Positions 44,179-53,615 of a stretch of DNA of 63,418 nt are shown here, one piece after another. Positions within the stretch are counted from its first letter, which is position 1. Each line of letters starts with the position of its first letter. A model generated the notes under the pieces. That model was not told the origin of the DNA. It saw nothing but the letters and a program-made list of their open reading frames with translations, and searched no databases. The stretch comes from Actinomycetota bacterium (lineage in GTDB: Bacteria; Actinomycetota; Coriobacteriia; Anaerosomatales; PHET01): positions 1 through 63,418 of the forward strand of contig JBBIJX010000004.1 of the NCBI GenBank assembly GCA_037445775.1, written 5' to 3'. A program made the translations under genes and the position numbers.

Positions 44179-45129
44179 GTGACGACGCGATTGCCGGAGG
44201 CGCCTCCGAGCCGTCCGGGAGACGTCATCGACGCCCACGTGCACCTGTTCACCGTCGGCCTGCTCGAAGAGTGGCTCTCCACGCTGCCTCCCGGTCAGAT
44301 GAAGCGGTTCCGGAACGCGCTCGAGGAGCGGAAGTTCGGCAGAAGGGGTGATCAGGTCCTTCCGGACCTGACACCCGAGGAGACGGCCGAATGGTACGCG
44401 GAGCGCCTGCGCGAAGCCGGGGTGGCCAAGGCGCTCGTCGTCTCGGTCGCGCCCGACAACCAGTGGACACGTGAGTTCATCACGCATGCTCGTGGTCACA
44501 TCCACGCGCTCTGCAACGTCGACCCGCGCGACCCCGGAGCGCCGGAGCTTCTGGAACGCGAGCTAGCTGCGGGCTTTCGCGGCGTGAAACTGCTCCCGGT
44601 GAACCGGTGTTTCCGCCTTTCGGATGCGGCGTGTCGGCCCTTCCTCGAGAAGGCGGCTGAGCGCAGGGCGCCGATGATCGTGCACTATGGCGTCAGTGTC
44701 GATCCTGGGGCGGACCTGCGCTTCGCCGACCCCATCGACCTGTCGCCCGTGGCAAGAGACTACCCCGAGATCACGTTCGTGATCGCACACTTCGGGGCCG
44801 GTTGGCTCGACAGCGTGCTTAGGCTCGCGTACCAGTGCCCCAACGTCTGCGTCGACTCAAGCGGGACGAACAACTGGCTCGATTATCACGTACCCAAACT
44901 CGCGCTCGCCGATGTCTTCGAGCGGTGCCTGACGGCGATGGGGCCTGAGCGTGTGCTGTTCGGCACGGATTCGAACACGACCGCGCCGTACCGAACGTGG
45001 ATCCGGTACATGCAACAGCGCACGCTCCAGGAACTCGGCTTGTCGCCTGACGATGTCGACCTCGTCGTCCGCGGCAACGCGGCGCGCATCTTCGGGCTTG
45101 ACGAGCCGTTGACGGCGACGGGGGGGTGA
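44179..45129 (+). CDS. Amidohydrolase-2 family metal-dependent hydrolase
   Basis: VIDAHVHLF metal-binding motif, ...VIAHFG..., FGTDS. Confidence 0.75.
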   Translation: MTTRLPEAPPSRPGDVIDAHVHLFTVGLLEEWLSTLPPGQMKRFRNALEERKFGRRGDQVLPDLTPEETAEWYAERLREAGVAKALVVSVAPDNQWTREFITHARGHIHALCNVDPRDPGAPELLERELAAGFRGVKLLPVNRCFRLSDAACRPFLEKAAERRAPMIVHYGVSVDPGADLRFADPIDLSPVARDYPEITFVIAHFGAGWLDSVLRLAYQCPNVCVDSSGTNNWLDYHVPKLALADVFERCLTAMGPERVLFGTDSNTTAPYRTWIRYMQQRTLQELGLSPDDVDLVVRGNAARIFGLDEPLTATGG

Positions 45130-45133
45130 ATCG

Positions 45134-45928
45134 ATGAGCGACAGCACGAAACCGGTCGCTCCCAACAGCCACTACGATGAGTTCGTGGACTGGGAGAAGC
45201 GCCTCGCGGTTGAGGGGCCGTTCTTCCGGGACCTGTTCGCGCGCGAGGGGGTCTCGCGCGTCGTCGACGTGGGATCGGGGAGCGCGCGTCACGCGATCAT
45301 GTTCGCAACGTGGGGGCTCGACGTCACTGCGGTCGATCCCGACGAGTCGATGCTCGCCCGGGCACGCGCGAACGCGGAACGGTTTGCGGCCGACGTAGAG
45401 GCGGCCGGCGGAAGCATCCGCGTCGTCGAAGGCGGTTTTGGGTCGCTGCACCGGCTCGGCGTCGAGGCCGCCGACGCGGTGACGTGCACAGGCAACGCCT
45501 TGCCGCACGTCGCCGGACGCGACGGTCTCACGGAGGCGCTCGCTGACTTCGGCGGTGTGCTCGTCCCCGGCGGTGTGCTCGTGCTGCATCTGCTCAACCA
45601 CGATCGGCTGCTACAGAAGAGGACACGCGTGATCGCACCTAAGGTCGTCGAGACTGCAAGCGGTGCGACGAAGGTCTTCGTACGGGTGATCGACTACCCC
45701 CAAGGTGACGACGTCTTCGTCTTCGACTTCGTGACGCTCGAGCGCGACTCGGGCGGCTCGTGGTCGCTGTCGAGCCGGCGCTCGACCCATACGGTGATGC
45801 CGGTGTCCCTGCTGGAAAGCGAGCTGCCTTGCGCCGGATTCGGGCGTATCGAGACGTTCGGTGGTCACGATGGGCACGCAGTGACTTCGGACGACGAGAG
45901 CGTGATCGTGGTCGCACAGCGTCGCTGA
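45134..45928 (+). CDS. Class I SAM-dependent methyltransferase
   Basis: Motif I VVDVGSGSARHA, followed by an acidic residue (DPDESML). Confidence 0.82.
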   Translation: MSDSTKPVAPNSHYDEFVDWEKRLAVEGPFFRDLFAREGVSRVVDVGSGSARHAIMFATWGLDVTAVDPDESMLARARANAERFAADVEAAGGSIRVVEGGFGSLHRLGVEAADAVTCTGNALPHVAGRDGLTEALADFGGVLVPGGVLVLHLLNHDRLLQKRTRVIAPKVVETASGATKVFVRVIDYPQGDDVFVFDFVTLERDSGGSWSLSSRRSTHTVMPVSLLESELPCAGFGRIETFGGHDGHAVTSDDESVIVVAQRR

Positions 45929-45950
45929 GGTTCTGCGCCCCAGTGGTGTG

Positions 45951-46631
45951 TCAGGTCTCGCCGACGATGCGCGGGCCCAGGCGGCAGGTTCGCCCGAGTG
46001 CGGCGTTGCAGGCGCCCACCGGCAGTGATAGCCCCTCGGGTGTCTCGGCCACGATGGCTGGGTCACTGAGAGCCGAGCAGAGGTGACACAGCGGCAGCCC
46101 GGCGACGTTCTGGAAGCACTCGTCGAGTGTGACAGAGGCGACCTGGGCCTCGATGTTGTAAGCCCCGGCACACCCGAGGTACGTCCCGAGGGCGAGCCAT
46201 GCGGCGATGCGGCAGTCGGTGAGTTCGGCCATCACTACCTCGGTCGTTACTGCGAACGTCGTTGGTGCGGCCGCGTGCGGGTCCCAGACTGCGCAGCCGG
46301 TCACCACCTGATGCTTGCGGGCGGAGAGAGCGCGAAGCATGCGCCACGCGTCGGCCTCATCGACAGGTTTGCCGAGCAGCTCGCCATCGTGCACGACGAT
46401 CGTGTCGAAGCTGAGCAGGAGCGCGTCGGACTCGAGTCCCCGGGCGGCCTCGGCCTTCTCGGCAGCGAGCGCGGCCGCGAGCGCGGCCGGGTTGGACGCC
46501 AGCGGTGAGGCGAGGTCTTCAGGCGTGTCGACGTGGATCGCATGGAACTCGACGCCTAGCCACCTCAAGAGGCGCCGCCGCCGGGGGGAGCGCGACGCGA
46601 GGACAAGGCGGGTTCCGTGATGGTGAGGCAT
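45951..46631 (-). CDS. maf: Maf-like nucleoside triphosphate pyrophosphatase with Cys-rich C-terminal extension
   Basis: LVLASRSPRRRRLL..., ...KP.D..A...L, GAYNIE...NVAGLP. An additional ~45 aa carry LCHLC...GAC...RTC. Confidence 0.85.
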   Translation of the reverse strand: MPHHHGTRLVLASRSPRRRRLLRWLGVEFHAIHVDTPEDLASPLASNPAALAAALAAEKAEAARGLESDALLLSFDTIVVHDGELLGKPVDEADAWRMLRALSARKHQVVTGCAVWDPHAAAPTTFAVTTEVVMAELTDCRIAAWLALGTYLGCAGAYNIEAQVASVTLDECFQNVAGLPLCHLCSALSDPAIVAETPEGLSLPVGACNAALGRTCRLGPRIVGET

Positions 46632-46758
46632 GTCGGCATGATAGCGCAGGACAGGCGGGTATCACGGCGGGCTCGGCCTCCGGCCCGAGGAGCGCGTGCA
46701 CTGCCCTATAATCGGGGGAGACTCGCCGCGCGCACGCCCGGCGAGGGGAGGAGACGGC

Positions 46759-48927
46759 GTGACCCCTCATCGTGACCAGCCGAAGGCGCCGCCGCAGATT
46801 GAACGAGTGTTGCGCGCACTCGTGACGACGGCTAAGGCGGTCTCCCTCTACCCGAAGACGAGTACCATCCCCCGTGACACGGCGACCGCATGCGCAGCCT
46901 GCGTGGCGCAGGCGCTCGCGGAGCGCTCTGAGCTGCGCTTCGTCATCGCGAAGGAGGGACTGTTCTGCGACGACATCCTCGTCTCCGCAGAGCGCGCTGT
47001 CTTCGAGACGCTTGCGCTGTCCTTCTACAACCATCACCTGGCTGACGTCCGTTTTCACGCGGGGGTGGACGCGCGATCCATCGTCGGGCTCCTCTCGCTG
47101 TTGCAGAGTCCTCCGGAGGAGGTCGCGGCGGCCGGCGGATTCGAGTCGCGGCTGTGGGACCTGAACATACCCAACATCTCGGTGACCGAGGTCCACGTTT
47201 CGATCGTGGACGCGGATGTGGCGGGCGAAGGTGAAAACGCCCCCGCGGAGTCGCTCCCCGCATCCCTCGGCGAGATCGATGAGATCGTGGCTGGAGCGTA
47301 CGGCGGACGTGCGCGTGACCAGCTGACGGTGGCGCGCTTCCTGCGGAACCCGTCGGCCGTGAGCAAGTACCTCCGCGATACGTTCAGCGGCGCAGGCGCG
47401 GGTCTCACCGACTTGTCGCTTGTCGGTGAGCGTTTCGCTGAATTGGCCGAGATCGCGTACACCGCAAACAGCGGCGAGGGACGTCTTGACCGCTTGCGCG
47501 CGTTGGGCGCCTCGCTCGCGGAGCTCGATCCGGATCTGCGTCATGGGCTCCTCGTCGAAGAGGTCTTCCCTGAAGCGCGTACGAACGAAGCGCTCGCTGC
47601 CGTCATTCGCGAGCTGGACCTCGACGAGATCTGTCGAATGCTCGTGAGCGATGTAGGCGCCGACGAGATCTCGCGACAAGGTCTCGCGCGCGCGATCCGG
47701 TACCTGTCGATGATCTCGCTCACCGACTTCGATCAGGTGATCACCGCAGCAGGAGCGGCGATGCGTGGGGCGGGTTTCGAACAGGGGTTCGTGGGTGACG
47801 TGCTTGAGATGACCCTGCCCAGCCGCGTCATGATCAGGCAATCGCCTCAGGCCGCGCCCGCCGGGCAGCGGCCGGTGGACGCGATCTACAAGCTCATGGA
47901 CCTCGCGCCGCTTCCCGAAGACGGCGTGGTAGCCGCTGAGCCCGAGATGGCGGGGCTCAAGGAGGAGGCACGGCGCGGTATCACTGATGGTGATGTGATC
48001 ATGTCGCTCGTATCCCTTGTAGCGATGGATGTCCGGGCGGCGCAGTTCGCGACGACGATGTCGATGCTCGAGGACTCGCTGGGCCTGCTCGTGTCGAGCG
48101 GCGAGATCGACATCGCGGCAGACGCCGCCGACGAGCTCATGGCGGCATCGCAGGACGTTCGGCTCGACGAGGGACAGCGTATGCGCCTGAGCGGGGCGAT
48201 CAAGCGGTTCACACGCCCATCGGATGTGCAGGCTATCGCGCATGCTCTTCGTGTGTATTCTCCGGGGTCGAGCGAGCACGAAGCCGCCCAGCGGCTTCTG
48301 GGGGCGCTCGGGCCGCTCGCGGTCGATCCGCTCCTAGAGCAGCTCGCGTCCGAGGACGAGATGCAGGTGCGGAAGCTCTACGTCGACCTCCTGTCGAGCA
48401 TGGCGACGCGCTACGTGAGCGAGCTCGGCGAACACGTGAGTGACCACCGTTGGTTCGTCGTGAGGAACGTCGTGGGCATCCTTGGGAGCACGCGGTCATC
48501 GGCGACCCTGCCCTACATCGAACGTGTCGTCAGGCACCCCGAGGCGCGCGTGCGTCGTGAGGTGATCCGCGCGCTCTCGCACATCCATGACCGGCGGGCG
48601 CACGACCTCCTCGTGCACGCACTCTCTGACGATGACGCTCAGAACGTGCAGTTGGCGGCTCGCTACCTGGGTACGGCCGGAATCGGGACCGCCATCCCGG
48701 CGCTCATCCAGGTCGCCAAAGGCGAGGGACGCGGCAATCGAGAGTCCGGGCCTCGCGTTGAGGCGATAGAGGCCTTGGGCCGCATGGGCGCCACCGAAGC
48801 GCTGCCCGCGCTTACGAGCATCGCACGCAGCCGGTCGCTGCTCGGCGGCGGGCGAGGCCGTGAGGTCAGGACCGCCGCTGAGGCCGCCGCCACCCGGATC
48901 ACAGGCCGGAAAGGGGGCGAGCGGTGA
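46759..48927 (+). CDS. HEAT-repeat protein (paralog of 38955..40937)
   Basis: GTG 46759 lies 5 nt after GGGGAGGAG. N-terminus reads VLRALVTTAKAVSLYPKTSTIPR. C-terminal HEAT repeats include HRWFVVRNVVGILG..., HPEARVRREVIRAL... and VEAIEALGRMG. The stop overlaps the HD-GYP start. Confidence 0.75.
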   Translation: MTPHRDQPKAPPQIERVLRALVTTAKAVSLYPKTSTIPRDTATACAACVAQALAERSELRFVIAKEGLFCDDILVSAERAVFETLALSFYNHHLADVRFHAGVDARSIVGLLSLLQSPPEEVAAAGGFESRLWDLNIPNISVTEVHVSIVDADVAGEGENAPAESLPASLGEIDEIVAGAYGGRARDQLTVARFLRNPSAVSKYLRDTFSGAGAGLTDLSLVGERFAELAEIAYTANSGEGRLDRLRALGASLAELDPDLRHGLLVEEVFPEARTNEALAAVIRELDLDEICRMLVSDVGADEISRQGLARAIRYLSMISLTDFDQVITAAGAAMRGAGFEQGFVGDVLEMTLPSRVMIRQSPQAAPAGQRPVDAIYKLMDLAPLPEDGVVAAEPEMAGLKEEARRGITDGDVIMSLVSLVAMDVRAAQFATTMSMLEDSLGLLVSSGEIDIAADAADELMAASQDVRLDEGQRMRLSGAIKRFTRPSDVQAIAHALRVYSPGSSEHEAAQRLLGALGPLAVDPLLEQLASEDEMQVRKLYVDLLSSMATRYVSELGEHVSDHRWFVVRNVVGILGSTRSSATLPYIERVVRHPEARVRREVIRALSHIHDRRAHDLLVHALSDDDAQNVQLAARYLGTAGIGTAIPALIQVAKGEGRGNRESGPRVEAIEALGRMGATEALPALTSIARSRSLLGGGRGREVRTAAEAAATRITGRKGGER

Positions 48928-50414
48928 GCGACGAGGAGCGCGCAGACACGTTCTTCGCAGGGGGGAGCGACGAAGAAGACGCACTCGCCGCCGAACAGGG
49001 AGTCTGCACTACGGACGCCGCGACCGGCTCAGATGAGTTGCTCGTTCGGTACTCGCAGGCGCAGCTCGCACGTGGGCGAGAGCTGTTATCACGGATCTAT
49101 GCGATCCGCCGCGCCGCGCGGTACTACCCGCTCGATCACCCCGCAGTCAAGGAGAGCGTCGTCGCTCTCATGGGCGTGGCGCGCGCCTATCATGTTGAGG
49201 GTGTCGACGTGCATCTCTCGTTCTTCGAGGGCGAGGTACTTCTGGGCGAGCAGCTGCTGACCGAGGAGAGCGTGCTGTTCGACCAGATGATCCGCGACAT
49301 CACCGCGCTCGGGATAGGGTCGATCGTGGTGAAGCGCGGCGCCGACGTGGATGAGCTCATGCGAGCCGCGCACGTCCTGGCCGCCGACGAGGAGCTCATC
49401 GCCGCGAAGGGTGGGCTCACCGCCGCCGTCGAGGCCCAGGGGCTCGCGAACGTGCTCATCGGGGCGCTCTGCGTCGTCGACCGCGCGACCCATGAGGCTG
49501 TCGGGGGGGTCGAGGGCACCAAGGCGACGTACGGCGAGGCGGTGTCGCTCCTGCGCGAGGTCGACCGGCTCATGCGGCTCAACAAGCCGGCGTCCGCGAA
49601 CAAGGTCAAGGGGGTCGTGCGCAGCCTCGTTGATGGTGCCACATCCAACCGGCACGCGATGCTGCAGCTTACCGGCTTGAGGAACCACGACGAGTACACT
49701 TTCTACCACTCGGCCAACGTCGCGATCCTGTCGCTGTCGCTCGGCTCGCTGATCAGCCAGGACTATCGCTTCCTCTCCTCGCTCGGCACCGGAGCACTCC
49801 TACACGACATTGGGAAGCTCTCCGTCGACGCAGAGATCATCAACAAACCCGGCACGCTGACCGCCGAGGAGTGGGCGAACATGCGCCTTCACCCCGTGAC
49901 CGGCGCCGAGATCGCCGCCCGGATTCCCGGCATCGACAAGTCGGCGATCGTCATGATTCTCGAGCACCACATGCGAACCGACGGCTCTGGGTATCCGGAG
50001 CGCACCGTCAAGCGCCCGCAGCACCTCGCGAGTCGCATCGTGTCGGTCGCTGATGCGTACGATGCGATGACGTCGAGGCGCAGCTACTCGGCGGCTCGCG
50101 TGCAGGACGAGGCGATGTCGCTGCTCGTCAGAAGCGCCGGTGTCTCGCTCGACGCGGCGCTCGTGCGTCTGTTCGTCCGCATGATGGGTGTCTATCCCGC
50201 CCGCTCGGCCGTGCGGTTGTCGGACGGCAGGATCGGGGTGGTCGTGAGTCCGAGCCTGACCGACCCGGTGCGACCGCTCGTCCGCGTCGTAGCCGACGCC
50301 TCCTGCGCGCGCATCGCGCCTCTCGACATCGACCTGACGGTCGACCGGGACGTCTCGATCTCCGCGTGCATCGATCCGCGTATGCTGAACTTCGACGTCG
50401 ACCTGTTTGTGTGA
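48924..50414 (+). CDS. HD-GYP domain phosphohydrolase (canonical GYP)
   Basis: LLHDIGK and LEHHMRTDGSGYPE. GTG 48924 overlaps the HEAT gene stop (GTGA). The N-terminal module reads RRAARYYPLDHPAVKE. Confidence 0.88.
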   Translation: MSDEERADTFFAGGSDEEDALAAEQGVCTTDAATGSDELLVRYSQAQLARGRELLSRIYAIRRAARYYPLDHPAVKESVVALMGVARAYHVEGVDVHLSFFEGEVLLGEQLLTEESVLFDQMIRDITALGIGSIVVKRGADVDELMRAAHVLAADEELIAAKGGLTAAVEAQGLANVLIGALCVVDRATHEAVGGVEGTKATYGEAVSLLREVDRLMRLNKPASANKVKGVVRSLVDGATSNRHAMLQLTGLRNHDEYTFYHSANVAILSLSLGSLISQDYRFLSSLGTGALLHDIGKLSVDAEIINKPGTLTAEEWANMRLHPVTGAEIAARIPGIDKSAIVMILEHHMRTDGSGYPERTVKRPQHLASRIVSVADAYDAMTSRRSYSAARVQDEAMSLLVRSAGVSLDAALVRLFVRMMGVYPARSAVRLSDGRIGVVVSPSLTDPVRPLVRVVADASCARIAPLDIDLTVDRDVSISACIDPRMLNFDVDLFV

Positions 50415-50436
50415 GCCGATTCTTGGAGGCACCGCT

Positions 50437-53199
50437 ATGAACTCACGTCGCCCGAACCGGTCTCCTGCGTCGTGGGTGATCGTCGCCGGCGCGGTCTTCG
50501 TCTTCATTGGGCTCCCGGTGCTTGCGTGGGCTTCGACGGTGTGGACCGACTATCTGTGGTTCGTCGACTTGGGGCAGTCAGATGTCTTCTGGACGCGCAT
50601 CGTGTCCCAAGTGGCGGTCGGTGGCGCATTCGCAATCGCGGCGTTCGTGTTGCTGTACGGGAACATGCGTCTGGCTCGCCGGTTCGCGCCGTCGCGCGTC
50701 GTCGAGACTGTGGCGTCTGAGAGCATGCCCCCGCAGCTGGCCGAGCTTATCGAACGGGTGCGCGCCGGCGTCGGCCCGATCCTTGACAAGGCCATTCTGT
50801 GGGGCGCGGTGCTGCTCGCGGTCCTTAACGGTATCGCGATGTCGGTCCAGTGGGAGCGGTTGCGGCTGGCTCTCGCCCGGGTCCCGTTCGGCTTCGCCGA
50901 CCCGCAGTTCGGGCGTGACGTCGGGTTCTTCGTGTTTGAGCTGCCGGCGCACGCATCGCTGCAGGTGTGGCTCAGCGACCTGCTGCTGTTGACCGCGCTT
51001 CTCACGGTGCTGGTTCACCTTGTCGACGGCGCTATCCAGCCGTGGCAGCGGTTCCGCGGCGTCGCTTCGCACGTCAAGGCGCACCTGTCGGTGCTTGCGG
51101 CGCTCTACGTGCTGTCCCGTGCCTACGCGTACTGGGTTCGTATCTACGAGCTCAACTTCTCCCCGCGCGGGCAGGTCATCGGTGCATCCTACACGGACGT
51201 TCACGCGCAGCTGCCCGCGTACCGCATCCTCATCGTCGTGTCGGTCGTCGTAGCCCTGGCGCTGTTGCTGAACATCCGCTACCGCGGCTGGCGGCTTCCC
51301 GCGATCGGGCTCACGATCTGGATGGCGGCGCTCGTCGCGCTCGGGTCGATCTGGCCGGGGCTTATGCAGCGCTTTGTCGTCGCGCCGAACGAGGCGGGCC
51401 TTGAGGCGCCCTATATCGAGCGCAATATCGAGATGACCCGGCGCGCGTTCGGGCTTTCCGACGTTAGCGGCAAGCGCTTCCCGGCCGCCGAGACGCTCAC
51501 GGCCGACGACGTCCGGGAGAGCCGTGCGACGCTCGGCAACGTGCGACTGTGGGACCCGCAGATAATCCGGCAGGGGTACCGGCAGCTGCAGACGATCCGG
51601 CCGTACTACGAGTTCGTCGACGTGGACGTGGACCGCTATCTCGTGAACGGGCAACGCCGCCAGATGCTCGTCTCGGCACGCGAAATGAACTCCTTGCTGC
51701 TCGCCGAGACGGCTCAGACGTGGGTGAACCGGCATCTCGTGTATACGCACGGCTTCGGGCTCGTCATGAGTCTCGCAAGCGACCTCGACGCCCGCGGCCT
51801 GCCGCGCTTCGCCGTGGGAGATATCCCGCCGAAGGTCGCGAGCAGCGTCGCAAGCGGCTCACCCGATCTTGTGCAGGACGAGCCGCGCATCTACTTCGGC
51901 GAGGACACGACCGACTACGTCGTCGTCAACACCGGCATCGACGAGTTCGACTACCCGCTCGGTGAGAAGAACGCGACGTATCGTTACAAAGGGGACGCTG
52001 GTATCGAGATCGGCTCGCTTCCGCGACGCATCGCGTGGGCGCTTCGGCTCGGCTCGAGTCAGGTGCTCTTCTCCGAGTACCTCACGCCTGAGAGCCGTGT
52101 CCTCATCCGCCGGGATCTCCAGTCGCGTCTCAGTGAGCTCGCGCCGTGGCTTCGCTACGAGACCGACCCGTATCCGGTGCTCGCAGACGGCCGCATCCTG
52201 TGGGTGGTGGACGCTTACACGATCTCGGATCGCTTCCCGTACGCCCAGGACGTCGCCGGCGTGACGTACCTGCGCAACTCCGTGAAAGTCACCGTTGACG
52301 CGTTCACAGGCGAGACGATCTTCTACGCGTTCGACCCTGAAGACCCGGTGCTCGCGGCGTGGCGCACGGTCTTTCCCTCGCTCTTCACCGACGTCGACGA
52401 GGTTCCAGACTCGGTCCGCGCACACTTCCGCTACCCGAGCGCGCTCTTCAAGGCGCAGGCAGAGATCTACCGCACCTACCACATGACCGACACCGGGGTC
52501 TTCTACAACAAGGAGGACCAGTGGGAGATCCCCGGCGAGCGCAGGGGCGAGCCCATGGACCCGTTCTTCGTTCTTCTGCAGCTTCCGGGCGCATCCTCCG
52601 AGCACTTCTACCTCATGCAGCCCTACACGCCCCGTAACCGCGACAACATGATCGGGTGGATGGCCGCGGCGTCGGACCCGGAGAACTACGGCGAGCGGAC
52701 CGTCTACCTCTTCCCGAAGGAGCGCGTCATCCTTGGCCCCGACCAGGTCAAGGCGCGCATCAACCAAGATCCGGTCATCTCGCCGCAGCTCTCGCTCTGG
52801 AATCAGCGCGGCAGCCAGGTGCTCTTCGGCGACATGGTCGTCATCCCTATCGAAGACTCGGTCATCTACATCCAGCCCCTCTTCTTGCAGGCCGAAGAGA
52901 CCGCGATTCCCGAGCTCACGCGCGTCGTGGTCGCGTATGCCGACGAGGTCGAGATGGACCGGACGCTCGAAGGCGCGCTGCTGAGGGTATTCGGCGAACG
53001 TGCCCCCGCGAGCGAGGAGGGGACGGGCACGCCGGGGGCGGACGGAGCGGCTGCGGACGTCGACGACGCTTCGCGGCTGTACCGCGAGGCTCTCGAGGCG
53101 CAACGCGCCGGTGACTGGGCGCTCTACGGCCGAAAGATCGCGGAACTCGGGCGTGTGCTGAGCGCGCTCGCCGGCGCGGAGGTGACGTCGACGCCGTAG
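50437..53199 (+). CDS. UPF0182-family large membrane protein
   Basis: About 920 aa with N-terminal multi-TM region and conserved segments YTDVHAQLPAYRIL and LWDPQI...YQQLQ-like RQGYRQLQTIRPYYEF. The C-terminus is typical of actinobacterial UPF0182. ATG 50437 lies 7 nt after GGAGG. Confidence 0.85.
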   Translation: MNSRRPNRSPASWVIVAGAVFVFIGLPVLAWASTVWTDYLWFVDLGQSDVFWTRIVSQVAVGGAFAIAAFVLLYGNMRLARRFAPSRVVETVASESMPPQLAELIERVRAGVGPILDKAILWGAVLLAVLNGIAMSVQWERLRLALARVPFGFADPQFGRDVGFFVFELPAHASLQVWLSDLLLLTALLTVLVHLVDGAIQPWQRFRGVASHVKAHLSVLAALYVLSRAYAYWVRIYELNFSPRGQVIGASYTDVHAQLPAYRILIVVSVVVALALLLNIRYRGWRLPAIGLTIWMAALVALGSIWPGLMQRFVVAPNEAGLEAPYIERNIEMTRRAFGLSDVSGKRFPAAETLTADDVRESRATLGNVRLWDPQIIRQGYRQLQTIRPYYEFVDVDVDRYLVNGQRRQMLVSAREMNSLLLAETAQTWVNRHLVYTHGFGLVMSLASDLDARGLPRFAVGDIPPKVASSVASGSPDLVQDEPRIYFGEDTTDYVVVNTGIDEFDYPLGEKNATYRYKGDAGIEIGSLPRRIAWALRLGSSQVLFSEYLTPESRVLIRRDLQSRLSELAPWLRYETDPYPVLADGRILWVVDAYTISDRFPYAQDVAGVTYLRNSVKVTVDAFTGETIFYAFDPEDPVLAAWRTVFPSLFTDVDEVPDSVRAHFRYPSALFKAQAEIYRTYHMTDTGVFYNKEDQWEIPGERRGEPMDPFFVLLQLPGASSEHFYLMQPYTPRNRDNMIGWMAAASDPENYGERTVYLFPKERVILGPDQVKARINQDPVISPQLSLWNQRGSQVLFGDMVVIPIEDSVIYIQPLFLQAEETAIPELTRVVVAYADEVEMDRTLEGALLRVFGERAPASEEGTGTPGADGAAADVDDASRLYREALEAQRAGDWALYGRKIAELGRVLSALAGAEVTSTP

Positions 53200-53615
53200 C
53201 CCGGAGCTGACTCCGCCGACGGGCTTTGGCGAACGTAGCGAACGCATGTTCGCTTCACGCTTGCTTCGCATGCGAGGACAGTGTAAGGTTCCATTTCGTG
53301 TTCGCGTTGTATGCGACCCCGCATACGTTCGGCCGTGTGAGACCGGGACGGCCGTTGGACCTGCGGTGCGGGGATCGAAGAGCTGGAACCCGGTCGGATC
53401 GGCCAGAGGGAACTCGCCTGGCAGCCCGCGGCGAGTCCCAGTACGACCGAGCTGCAGCACGACAGGTCCACGCCGAAGAGCATAGCGCTTCTCTGGCACT
53501 TGGCGACGGTCCCGCGGACTGTCCGTGCCGGATGCGAGGCAGCTAGCCGTCACCCGATCGCACCCCGCTGTCTGGGCACCGTTGTGCCCCCTGCGCCTCC
53601 GCGCCGTCGCCGGTC

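Noticed and set aside
46519-48279. 586-aa minus-strand ORF. The same reasoning applies to 7622..9124(-), 15298..16773(-), 32650..33927(-), 50578..51750(-), 51859..53553(-), 39594..40919(+) and 61283..62527(-).
   Set aside because: These are long antisense ORFs opposite motif-supported genes, an expected artefact of stop-codon depletion in GC-rich DNA.
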